Shown piece by piece: positions 23,962 through 34,771 of a stretch of 64,000 bases of DNA. Under the pieces are notes generated by a model that was not told the DNA's origin, ran no database searches, and worked only from the letters and a program-made list of their open reading frames with translations. Each line of letters opens with the position of its first letter. Positions within the stretch are counted from its first letter, which is position 1. The DNA comes from Phyllosticta citribraziliensis (Eukaryota), in NCBI RefSeq assembly GCF_038025025.1, contig NW_027117339.1, positions 2,666,001 to 2,730,000 on the forward strand. The letters run 5' to 3'. A program made the position numbers and the translations under genes.

Positions 23962-25317
23962 ATGGTCAAGGAAACAAAGTTTTACGACATCCTCGGCGTC
24001 GCGCCCGACGCCACCGAGGCCCAGCTCAAGTCTGCCTACAAGAAGGGCGCCCTGAAATATCACCCAGGTATGTCGCTCATCCACGACCGAGGCCTACCTG
24101 CAAACGCTGACGTCGCCCAGACAAGAACGCACACAACCCCGAGGCTGCCGAAATGTTCAAGGAGCTTTCTCACGCATACGAGGTCCTTCAAGATTCGCAA
24201 AGGCGTCAGCTCTATGATCAGTACGGTGAGGAAGGTCTCGAGCATGGCGGAGGCGGCGGCGGCATGGCCGCTGAGGATCTCTTTGCTCAATTCTTCGGTG
24301 CTGGCGGCGGCTTCGGCGGCATGTTCGGTGGTGGCATGTCTGATATGGGCCCGAAGAAGGCCAGGACCATCTCGCACATTCACAAGGTTTCCCTCGAGGA
24401 CATTTACCGCGGCAAGGTTTCTAAGCTTGCCCTGCAAAAGTCCGTCATCTGCCCCAAGTGCACCGGCAAGGGTGGCAAGGACGGCGCCGTCAAGAAGTGC
24501 GGCAGCTGTGATGGCCGCGGTATGAAGATGATGATGCGCCAAATGGGCCCCATGATCCAGCGCTTCCAGACTGTCTGCCCCGACTGCCACGGCGAGGGCG
24601 AGACCATCCGTGACAAGGACCGCTGCAAGCAGTGCAACGGCAAGAAGACGGTCATCGAGCGCAAGGTTCTCCACGTCCATGTCGACAAGGGCGTTAAGAG
24701 CGGCACCAAGATTGAGTACCGCGGCGAGGGTGACCAGCTGCCCGACTGCGAGCCCGGTGATGTCGTCTTCGAGATTGAGCAGAAGCCCCACCCCCGTTTC
24801 CAGAGGAAGGACGACGACCTTTTCTACCACGCCCAAATCGACCTCGTCACGGCGCTGGCTGGCGGTACCCTTCACATCGAGCACCTCGACGAAAGGTGGT
24901 TGACCGTTGAGATAATACCCGGCGAGGTCATTTCTCCTGGTAAGTCTTTTCAACCATGGCTTAACTCTGGCCATTACTAACGTTTCCACAGGTGACATCA
25001 AGGTTATCCGCGGACAAGGTATGCCCTCGCCCAGGCATCACGACTATGGCAACCTGTACATCCAGTTCGACGTCAAGTTCCCGACCAAGCTTGGCGGCGA
25101 AGGCTCCCTCAGCCCCGAGGACAAGGCTGCTCTGGAACGCATCATCGGCCCACGGACCGTTACGCAGGAGCTTCCGCCTCCTGACGCCATGACCGAAGAC
25201 TTCCAACTCGACAACATTGACCCCACCAGAGAGTCCGGAAGGGCGCAAGGTGCCGCGATGGATGATGATGACGACGAACACCCTGGCGCAGAGCGCGTAC
25301 AGTGCGCATCTCAGTAA
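23962..25317 (+). CDS. YDJ1: Class A Hsp40 co-chaperone (Ydj1/Mas5)
   Basis: [10 protein letters not shown]-domain with HPD across an intron, G/F region, four CxxCxGx(G) repeats, and C-terminal CaaX motif CASQ. Confidence 0.97.
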
Positions 25318-26155
25318 AAAAGACGGGGAATTTTGGAGAGAGAATTACCGGACAATCATGGACTACTGAATGACGCTTACGAGGTTTGCTTTGCATAAGA
25401 CGACGACACATGCATGTTGAGGGGTATGGGCGCAAAATCTGTTTAATGGGGAGATAACAGACTTGCGCGTAAAGATGGGCGTCGATCAGACTCCAGAGCT
25501 GGATAGTAGTGGACGTAGCGGTCTGGATAAAAGCCTGGCTTCTACACCTTCTCGTCCACGCCGGTCTTCCTTTTCTTGCTTTCCCCCTTTTCCTTCACCT
25601 CTCTTTTCCTGTCGTGGTCGGCTTGTCATACTTTTTCCTTTTTTAGAGATCGAGACCACGAATGACCTTTTCTTTCCTGTCCAAACCAACCCACCTGCAT
25701 TTTCTCAGTTTGGCTGGGCACTGGCAGAATCACCCTGGTAGATGGCGGTTTTCTCGCGGTGTCAATGTCTTCGGACGGAGGCGGCTTGTTTCGAATAGCC
25801 TCCTCTTGTGGGTGTTTTGGTAATCGAAGTGTATTATCCTGAGCCAGGTCGTTTGCTCCCAAGTGACTTTGATTCTGACAGTCATCAGCGTACTGCTGTG
25901 TCTGTCAAATCTTTACTATGCGTTCCCCACTCTTTTCCGCCATCCTCGAGAACCCACAATCCTGGTGTCTTCGGATGCGTCATCGGCGGGCCGAGGACCA
26001 CGGACCCTGAGCAGGACATTCCTAGACCACCAACTGCTATTCTTATCACAACCCCCCTCTGTGGGTGGGCTATGACTGTTACATGCATTCTAGCTTCTAC
26101 AAAGACCCTAATCCATGTCACGTTCAACTCCAACAACAACCACCAACCATGAGCC

Positions 26156-27259
26156 ATGGAACAAATACGCATGCATCCGGATCCAGAGCAGACTCTCCTG
26201 CCGCTCTTGAAGCCATTCCTTCCATACAGCCTCCCCCTCTACCGGCGCATCCAATTCGGGCGGCACGGCAGCAACAACGCTCACGTCTGGGCATCAACTG
26301 CCCCCGAATGCACCAATTCAACAGACGACAAGAAAGAGCATGGCAAAGAGGCCGCATCAGTCTGTCTTGCCGCCGCATACATCGACCGCTCCGCGCGCCC
26401 CGAAACCGAAGCCTTCATCTTCCTGAGCTGGGACTCACCATCCCACAACCCAAGCACGCCATGCCACTGCAGCTCTCTGCTGCTCTCGCTGCTCCACCGC
26501 GTGTCCGAAATGCCTTTCACGCCGCTGACGGACGAGGACAAGGCCGACGCTCTGTCAGCAGTTCTTCGCACTGATGCCGCAACCGCGTCGCAACACCACA
26601 CGCACGCGTCCGCGTCCGCAGCCGCGTTCCTCAGCCACCTCGATGACCCTGACCTGTTGAAGCTCGGCACCCTGCATGAGCGCAGCGTGCGCGAACTCAA
26701 GGCGCGCGGATGCGTCAGGCTGGACCTGCCCGGCGCAGACTTTCCGTATTTCAAGTACCTGTTCCTGCAAGTCGCTGCGCGAGTGATTGATGAGCAGTAT
26801 GATGACGAGGAGCTCTTGAGCCGCCGTGGGTTGCGATGGGGCGCCCTGCGCGACGAGGATCTGGCGCTGGTTCGCAGCAGGACCGCGATTCCGCGTACCA
26901 ACCGTACGCTGCGCAGTCTTCCGGCCGCGGCGCTCTTCCCGGCCGCTGCGTCGCTGGATGATGCTACTGCTGCTCCCGTGGCTTGGGCCTTCCTGGGTGC
27001 AGACGGCAGTCTCTGTTCGCTACATGTCGAGCCCGACTATCGCGGCTACGGCTTGGCCAAGGCTGTTGCGAGGAAGCTGTTTAGGGAAGGATTCAAGTCA
27101 TTTGGGGATGAACTCGGTGGGCTAGCTCATGCGGACGTGGCGGAAAACAACGTGTCTAGCTCCGCTGTTTGCTTGAGCCTTGGGGCCTCGGAGGGTTGGG
27201 AGGTTTATTGGGTGAGGTTGGCACTGTCAAATGTACGGGCTGCAACGAGCAAGAAGTAG
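26156..27259 (+). CDS. GNAT-family (FR47-like) acetyltransferase
   Basis: 367 aa single exon; C-terminal AWAFLGADGSLCSLHVEPDYRGYGLAK contains the acetyl-CoA motif A (RxxGxA). Confidence 0.85.
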   Translation: MEQIRMHPDPEQTLLPLLKPFLPYSLPLYRRIQFGRHGSNNAHVWASTAPECTNSTDDKKEHGKEAASVCLAAAYIDRSARPETEAFIFLSWDSPSHNPSTPCHCSSLLLSLLHRVSEMPFTPLTDEDKADALSAVLRTDAATASQHHTHASASAAAFLSHLDDPDLLKLGTLHERSVRELKARGCVRLDLPGADFPYFKYLFLQVAARVIDEQYDDEELLSRRGLRWGALRDEDLALVRSRTAIPRTNRTLRSLPAAALFPAAASLDDATAAPVAWAFLGADGSLCSLHVEPDYRGYGLAKAVARKLFREGFKSFGDELGGLAHADVAENNVSSSAVCLSLGASEGWEVYWVRLALSNVRAATSKK

Positions 27260-27868
27260 ATTCAAAGAATTTCGTGGACACATTTATTTTCTATTCTGGC
27301 TTGAGGGTCTAAGGGGCCAAGGCAAGGGCCAAATCCAGAGTGGATGTCGCAGCTCAGGCAAATTACGTTCTACTTGGGCCACCTCCGATAGCACTGTCTT
27401 TGATTTAGCATGGCATTGGGCGATTCGGGCACACTGTATCAAGTCGAGATGACGGCGGTCTGATAGAGACTTCCAAGCCATTCTCGACCATCTCGAAAAC
27501 GGGCGGACATTGAGGAATCTACCAATATGGTTAGCACCAATACAAAATGCGTGTTGTAAAGGATTTGTGCAATGATGAAAGCTCATTAAAAAATTAGAGT
27601 GTTTGTTGCATATTTTTGATCGTCATGTGTGATCAGGGTTAAAAAAGTTTAATCATTGGGTGCTGGTGGGAAAGGAAAAATGTGACTTACCAACAATGCT
27701 GCAGAAACCATTCCAAGATCTCAGAATCTGGAACAACTTCACAGTGCAGGCGTAGATCAAGTCAACAGGAGGGTTAAAATTTCATTTCGACAAGCGAATC
27801 GAACGACGGCAGTTACGCGACAGTCATTCGCTGCTGGTTTGGATATCAATCGTCTTACCCTGACTGGC

Positions 27869-28968
27869 TTAGTCGAAAAGACCGAAGCCCATGTCGTCAT
27901 CCTCCTCCTCGGACTCCTCCTTCTTGGCCTCCTCCTTGGGAGCCTCGCCGCCAGCAGCGGGGGCAGAGGAAGCGGCGGGAGCAGCGGAGGCGTACTTGTC
28001 AGGGTTGGCAATGCGGTCCTTGAGCTCCTCAATGGCCTCCCAAGAGTAGTCGGTCTCAATGGCAATGGCCAAGAGCTTCTTGTAGGAGTTGACGACCGAG
28101 TGCATGACGGACGGCAGGGTGGGGAAGTTGAGGGCCAGCGAGATGGAGGCGATGGTGTTGATGGCGCTGGTGAAGGTGGCGAGCAGCTGGGACTCCTCAA
28201 TGTCGAGGACGGAGGCGTCGAAGCTCTGGCCCTGGTCGTAGATCTGGGCAACAACCATACCGTAGGTGAAGGGAGAGATGTTGAGCATGTTGAGCAGGGT
28301 AGCCTCGGAAGCACCGACCTGTTGCACTTGTCAGCCAGAGAGCTCAACGACGTTGTCAAAATGATTTTACCTTGCTGCTAGCCTCAACGAGCTTGAGGTC
28401 GCTGGTGATTTCAATGGTACCACGGGCAATCTTGGTAGGAACACCGAGGGCCTGGAAGAAAGAGGTCTTTCCGGGTTCCATACCAGTGTTGCCAGCGGGG
28501 ATCCAGACGTCAGCGGGAGCGACGGCACCAGCCCTGGCGGGGGCGGCGACACGGTTGGCAAGAATCTTGTCACGGATGTCCTTCAGGTCGCCGTTGGTGA
28601 AGATCTGCATGGAGAATGAGCACGATTGACCGGTCAACTGCCTTTGAGGGTTGACGTACGAAACCAATGTTGCCCTTGACGTGGGGAAGGAGACGCTCGT
28701 ACTCGGGGTGCTCGCCAATGAAGCCCTTGAGAGCACGGCGGACCATGGTGTTCTTACCCATCAGGACGACACCCTCGCCGCGGAGCGACTGGCGGATCTC
28801 GTGCATCTGCTGGGACGAGACACTGCGGGCGCGTCAGCATGTGAGCGGCCAATGGGTCTGGCGGAGAGCGTACTTGTCGACGCCAACGATGAAGATAGAC
28901 TTGAACTCCTCGAGGAGAGTCTTGAGCTTATCGAAGTAAGCGGCCTTGGTGTTAGACTTGCCCCCCAT
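27869..28968 (-). CDS. RPP0: 60S acidic ribosomal protein P0
   Basis: Motifs [12 protein letters not shown] and [16 protein letters not shown]; ends [16 protein letters not shown]; three introns. Confidence 0.98.
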
Positions 28969-29219
28969 AGCTTCGGTGAGGTATAGGATTTTTCAGGCGA
29001 AGTCGAAAGTCTGAAAACGGCGAGAGGAGGTCCAAATGGAACGGTTCGATGGTGTTGAGATGAGAGTGCGCGCGCAAATTGGGAGTATCAGCTACCATGT
29101 GCGCTTAGCGAGCCTTGGCGCGGCATCCGACACCGCCTTTGGTTCCGCCCGGAGTGCCCTCTCTCTTCTCTCTACACGCTTGCTCGAGACGAATATTTTT
29201 TGGTCGCCAGCACCAAATC

Positions 29220-30929
29220 ATGCAACACCCATACCAGTGCCTCCAAGTGCTGCGCCGCGTAGGCTCGCAGCCTGTCAACTTTCTACTCGCAGCTAGCTCC
29301 TACAAACTACTGAACATCGACCTGAGTACCGGCAACGTCCTCGCGTCTTGGTCTGCCGAGCCTCTCAACATCTCGACAGTAAGTCCATCTTGCTACGGGA
29401 AAGAAAAGGCTGGGCTAAGCATGACTTTCTAGGCGGAGGACCAACCCTCAGAAACACCCGAAGGTCCGCCCGGAAAGAAGAGAAAAGTTTCCCAAGACTC
29501 GTCCCGCCCCAACATCATCAAATTGACGACTAGTCATGATGGTGCCCACGTAGTAGCAATCACTGGCGAGGACAAGTGCGTCCGAGTCTTTGCAATTGCA
29601 GCCAATGGTGAATTGCAGCACGTGAGCGAAAGGTGATACCATGTACCTGCTTTCCAGTCATTTTAGAACCTCTGTTGAGCCCATGACGCAGGTCTATGCC
29701 AAAGCGCCCCTGCGCCGTCATCGTTACAGACGATGATCAGACAATCATCACCGCCGACAAGTTTGGAGATGTCTACGCCTTGCCTCTTCTCCAGTCCCAA
29801 GAGGAGGAAGACGCATTCTTGGCGGAAGCTGAAATAGCAGCACAAAAGAAGTACGCGCCTGCGGCAACAAATCTGACGGTGCATACTGGTCGGAACCGCA
29901 AGGCTCTCGAAGCACAGCTGAAGCAGCAGCAGCAACAGAGGCAAGCCACTGCAACCAAGACCAAAGAGCCGTTGAAATTCAAGCACGAGCTCCTACTTGG
30001 CCATGTATCAATGTTGACCGACATAGCGGGCATCACCCTGGATCAACAAGATCTGAACGCGGGACTCAACGAGCTTGCCTCAAAATCGCAGCAGTCGCGG
30101 AGCTATCTACTAACGGCAGATCGGGATGAACACATACGAGTTTCGCGGGGCCAACCGCAGACGCACGTCATCGAAGGGTTCTGCCTCGGCCATAAAGACT
30201 TCGTCAGCAAGATCTGTTTCGCCTCGCCACAAGTGCTGGTGTCCGGCGGCGGGGATGACGAATTGTTTGTCTGGGACTGGATCAAAGGCGGCCTACTGAA
30301 CAAAGTCTCAATCCAAGACATGGTGCAGGCTATACCCGATAATGGCGAGTCTGTCGAGGGTGGAGGGCGAGAACGCAACTTTGCTGTCTCTGGAATATGG
30401 GGGTATCCCCAGGATAGTAAACGCAAGGTGCGTGCGAGCCTGGAAGTTGTCCATCCCTGTTAGATATTGACAAGCGGCACGTGTAGAGCTCGATACTGGT
30501 AGCACTCGAAGGAGTCGCGGCCCTGTTTGCCATGGAAGCTCACAGTGTGCACGAGGCTGGAAAGACGAAGACCACGGTTGTTCCACTTGCAGGGAACGTG
30601 ATGGATGTCGCGGTGGGCGAAGGGCACGTCTTTGTCTCTGTGGACAATGTGCACGCTAAAGGGTCAACGAGTACCGTGCGGGCGGATAAGGTGAGCGGTC
30701 AAGCGTGCTTGGCGACGACAGAGTTCAAGGCTGACGTTTGGATGAATTCAAGGTTGCACGGCTGCAGGCATTGAAGGTGGACGATGGATGGCAAGTGTCG
30801 ACGGTGGACGTGGGCGAGCTGAGGGGGGCGAACGATGTCGGAACGGTTCAAGTGGACGACAAGGACAGGCTCGGCGAGACGCTGTACGGCATCTCCAAGT
30901 TGCGTAAGCGCGGTGGGGAGGAACCGTGA
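29220..30929 (+). CDS. TRM82: tRNA m7G46 methyltransferase non-catalytic WD40 subunit
   Basis: Motifs MPKRP, ADKFGDVY, LLLGHVSMLTD, TADRDEHIRVSRG, FCLGH and VSGGGD; ends LYGISKLRKRG. Confidence 0.92.
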
Positions 30930-31347
30930 TGATGATGTCGGGCAGTTGATGGGGGTCGAAGGTGGAGTGTCTGGATCGGGGTCGCTTACGCAGCGGCCTG
31001 TACAGGCGCATGGGTGCCGGGGACTCCCTCCAGATCCGAGCGGCGACCGGCGCCGATTCTTGCGCCAGCCATCGGATGGAGCTTTCGAGCGTCGACTTAG
31101 AAATCAAGCCCAACGTCGTTGATAAATACTCTATTGTCTCTTGAATCCCCTCTACATTTTGACTCGAACTCCCTCCCACAACCCTCTCGCCGTCGCCAAA
31201 CTGTTCGCCGCACTCTTTCGCCGAGCGACCGCCTCGCCCCTCCGCTCTTCGCTATCCCTCCCCACTGCCGTCGCCGCAACCTTTCAAACGCAGCAAGCCG
31301 GTGCCGTCACTTCTCCCGTTGGAATCGCCCTCAAGGGTTATCGGAAC

Positions 31348-32672
31348 ATGCACTCCAAGCTCGTCAGTAAGTGCTGTTCTTTGACGTGCCCCTCGTCTCT
31401 GACGACATCCGTTTGCTAACCCGGTTCCGCAGTCATTGGGTACGTCGTCCGACGCCGTCTTCGGCCTGTTTTTTGCCCGCCCTGCACATTTGCTGACGAC
31501 GGTTTTGGAACAGCTCTGGCCCCGCAGGTCACACTGCCGCAATTTACGCTGCTCGTGCTGAGTTGAACCGTGAGTTCCCAAACGCTCCGATCCTCACTGG
31601 CCCCGCAGCAACTCTAACACGCGAATAGCGGTCCTCTACGAAGGTTTCCTTGCACTTGGAATTGCCGCCGGTGGACAATTGACGACCACCGATGAGGTTG
31701 AGAACTACCCCGGATTCCAGAAAATCCAGGGTTCCACCCTGATGGTAAGTATCTGCTCCAGGGCGGCGGTTTTTAAAGCAATCCTCTAACCTGTTCCTTC
31801 ACCAGGACCAAATGCGCGCACAATCCGAAGCATGCGGTACCGAGATCGTTTCCCAAACCGTTGGCAAGATTGACCTCAGCGCCCGTCCTTTCAAGTTCTG
31901 GTTGCACCCTATGGGTGACGATGACACCCTCGAGGAGGAGACCCACACGGCCGACACTGTCATCATTGCCACCGGAGCCAAGGCCAGGAGACTGGCGCTG
32001 CTCGGCGAGGAGAAATACTGGGGTAACGGAGTCAGCGCCTGCGCTGTGTGCGACGGTTCCGCCCCCATCTTCCGCAACAAGCCTCTTGTCGTCATCGGCG
32101 GAGGAGACTCGGCCGTGGAGGAGGCCATTTACCTCACGAAGAAGGCTTCCAAGGTTTACGTTCTCGTTCGCCGCGATGTCCTGCGTGCATCCAAGTCCAA
32201 CGCCACGAGGCTGGCCACCCATCCGAAGGTCGAGATTTTGTACAACACCCACGCGACGGAGATCAAAGGTGAAGAGAAGGCAGGCGGTCTGATGACCGGC
32301 CTCGCCATCCACAACAACAAGACTGGCAAGGACGAGACTTTGGACGCCAACGGCCTTTTCTACGCCGTCGGCCACGACCCCGCCACCGCACTTTTCAAGG
32401 GCCAGCTCAAGATGGACGAGGACGGTTACCTCATCACGGAGCCTGGCCGCGGTCTCACCAGCGTCGAGGGTGTCTTTGCTGCCGGAGATGTTCAGGACAA
32501 GCGCTACAGGCAAGCCATCACGAGCGCCGGCGCCGGTTGCGTTGCAGCCCTCGAGGCCGAGAAGTTCCTTGCGGAGCAGGAATTGGAGAACCCGATTGAA
32601 GGAGAGAACCAGGCCGAAAAGGCACAGACGAACGGCGTGGTCCCTGAGTACCGATCGAACCCGCAGCTTTAA
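31348..32672 (+). CDS. TRR1: Thioredoxin reductase (low-MW type)
   Basis: Spliced [36 protein letters not shown]; redox motif [18 protein letters not shown]. Confidence 0.97.
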
Positions 32673-33264
32673 GATCTGCTAGAACGACTTTCACGAGTTT
32701 CCATCATCCCTTCATGTACAGAGGTTCTTTCTTACAGCAATTGCGATTGTCGGCATGCTCAATCGGCATGACCCTATAGAATCCTCTCTTGGGCAAGCGG
32801 AAGAAATGTTTTTTTTTTTTTTTGGTTAGAGACGGATAGAGAAAGAGAAGTTACCATCATCCAGCATGTCTTTGGATGGCAGCAGTCGACTGGCACGTAA
32901 AGTTCGTCCAGGTTGGATGGCCTGGCCATTTTCGTTGACACAGAAAACTGTACAACAGCGCAAAGTTGACCTCTGGAGGTCAGCGCCCACGGTGTCTTGA
33001 GTTCGATTTTCTATGATGATAGAAGCAAGCATAGCCTGATATCAATTGATTCTCACTCCTGATTTGAGCACCTTGATGACCTTGATCTAGTGTTGATAAG
33101 ATAATGCAATATGTACCGTAACGTTGGCTGTGGTACCTGTCTTGCGCAGAAGATATAGCGCTCATTGATGCGGCCAATTTTGCCAGGTACGATTCACAAC
33201 CTTCTCATAATTTTGGGTGCATACCGAGGGTGGAAGCATGGCATGGCTACTCGACAGTGTACCT

Positions 33265-34589
33265 CTATCTGCAGCAACGGTGAACTTCCTCGAAGAAGAA
33301 TCTCAAGTCATCAGGATTGACGAATGGAGTGATTCCTGTCGAGAATTAGCACGAGTCAACCCGAGATTGTTTGGGGCAAATTCTCACCGTGGCCTAGGTT
33401 GGCAATCCAGCCCTGTTTGCCTCTACCAAATCCCTTTGCCATGTTTTCCACGGTAGCAGTGATAGCCTCCCTGCTGCCGTAAAGGACACCAGGGTCAGCA
33501 TTACCTTGGACTACTTTGCCCTTGGCCTGCGCAATCTTGTACGCCTCGACCGGCTCATGTAGCCAGTCGAGCCCGATGACGTTGTAATTTGTGTTACACA
33601 AATCTTCAAGCGCATACCATGCTCCTTTGGCAAACACAGTCATCGGAACTGGCTTTTGTCCCAATTCGAGAAGGCGTTTGGGCAGGTTGTCGGCTATGTA
33701 CTCCAGGTAAGGAAGAGAAAACTGTTTGAAAGTGGCGGGGGAAAGCTCGCCAGCCCAAGAGTCAAAAATCTGCACCATCTGCAGCGAATGGCGGTTAGTA
33801 ATGGACGTCCTAAGATTTTTTCCTCTCGGGGTTTGCGAATACTTGCCTGAGCGCCGGCAACCACTTGATGGGCCAAATACTCGACACAAAGTTCGGAGAT
33901 TCTTTGCAAGAGCGCCTTGCTTGCATCAGAGTACTTGTAGACCCACGTCTTGACCTCCTTGAACATTTTGCTGCCACCTCCTTCAACCATGTAGCTGAGG
34001 AGCGTCCACGGCGCCCCGCAAAAGCCGAGCAAGGGAACCCGTCCCTTGAGCTTCTGCCTGGTGAGCGTAATGGCCTTGTACACGTAGTCCAACTCGACCG
34101 TCACGTCGACGTTGCGCTCCATGATCTGCTTGTACTGCTGGTCCTCTGGGGAGCGGAGCGGGTTCGGAAAGTGCGGGCCCTTCTTGTCTACCATGACGAC
34201 CTCCATGCCCATGGCTTGAGGAATCACCAATATATCAGAGAAGATGATTGCAGCGTCGATCAGGCCGGCAAATCGCTCAATGGGCTGAAGGGTCAGCGTC
34301 GAGGCAATCTCGGGTGACCGACAGCATTCGAAAAAGTCATGGCTGCCTTTCGCCTCGTGGTACTCGGGAAGGTAGCGGCCGGCTATTGGCATTTCAAAGT
34401 CAGAAACAGGCCAAAGGCAGGTGGAGAGCTGACTTACCCTGCCTCATCACCCACATGGGCGCGCGCTCGACCTTTTCGCCTAGACGGAATTGTAAGTTTG
34501 TCGAAAGCCGAATTATCGAGGAGATGCAGAGACTTACCGCGAGCTGTCCTCAGCAGCAGGTCATTCTTGAGGGGTTCGAATTGAGGCAT
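33265..34589 (-). CDS. HEM12: Uroporphyrinogen decarboxylase
   Basis: Motifs [45 protein letters not shown] and NLGHGITP. Confidence 0.97.
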
Positions 34590-34771
34590 GGTGACACAAG
34601 AGTTGGTTGTTGTGGGGCAAAGACAGACCTGCCGTCGCGTTTGCGGCGGAGAGCTTGCACTTCCGACGCGAACCGTCTACCTAGCTAAGCTGCTCCACCA
34701 CGTCATCCACGACGGGCAATAACCAAGCACCACTGGCAGAGGTCGGAATTCCACGCGTCGCCCACTCGATC

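Noticed and set aside
25700..25900. tRNA or other ncRNA in intergenic DNA (also GTTCGA hits near 19191, 29043 and 38426)
   Set aside because: No cloverleaf or A/B-box spacing could be built by eye.
5478..27259. Functional gene cluster (glycosylation/cell wall/copper, or FCY1 plus GNAT)
   Set aside because: No backbone biosynthetic enzyme or cluster regulator; these are unrelated housekeeping genes in ordinary order.
27245..27305. Cryptic peroxisomal PTS1 by readthrough of the GNAT (ends SKK) or TRR1 (ends PQL)
   Set aside because: Neither is a canonical PTS1, there is no TGA-CTA readthrough context, and the GNAT readthrough frame does not end in an SKL-like tripeptide.
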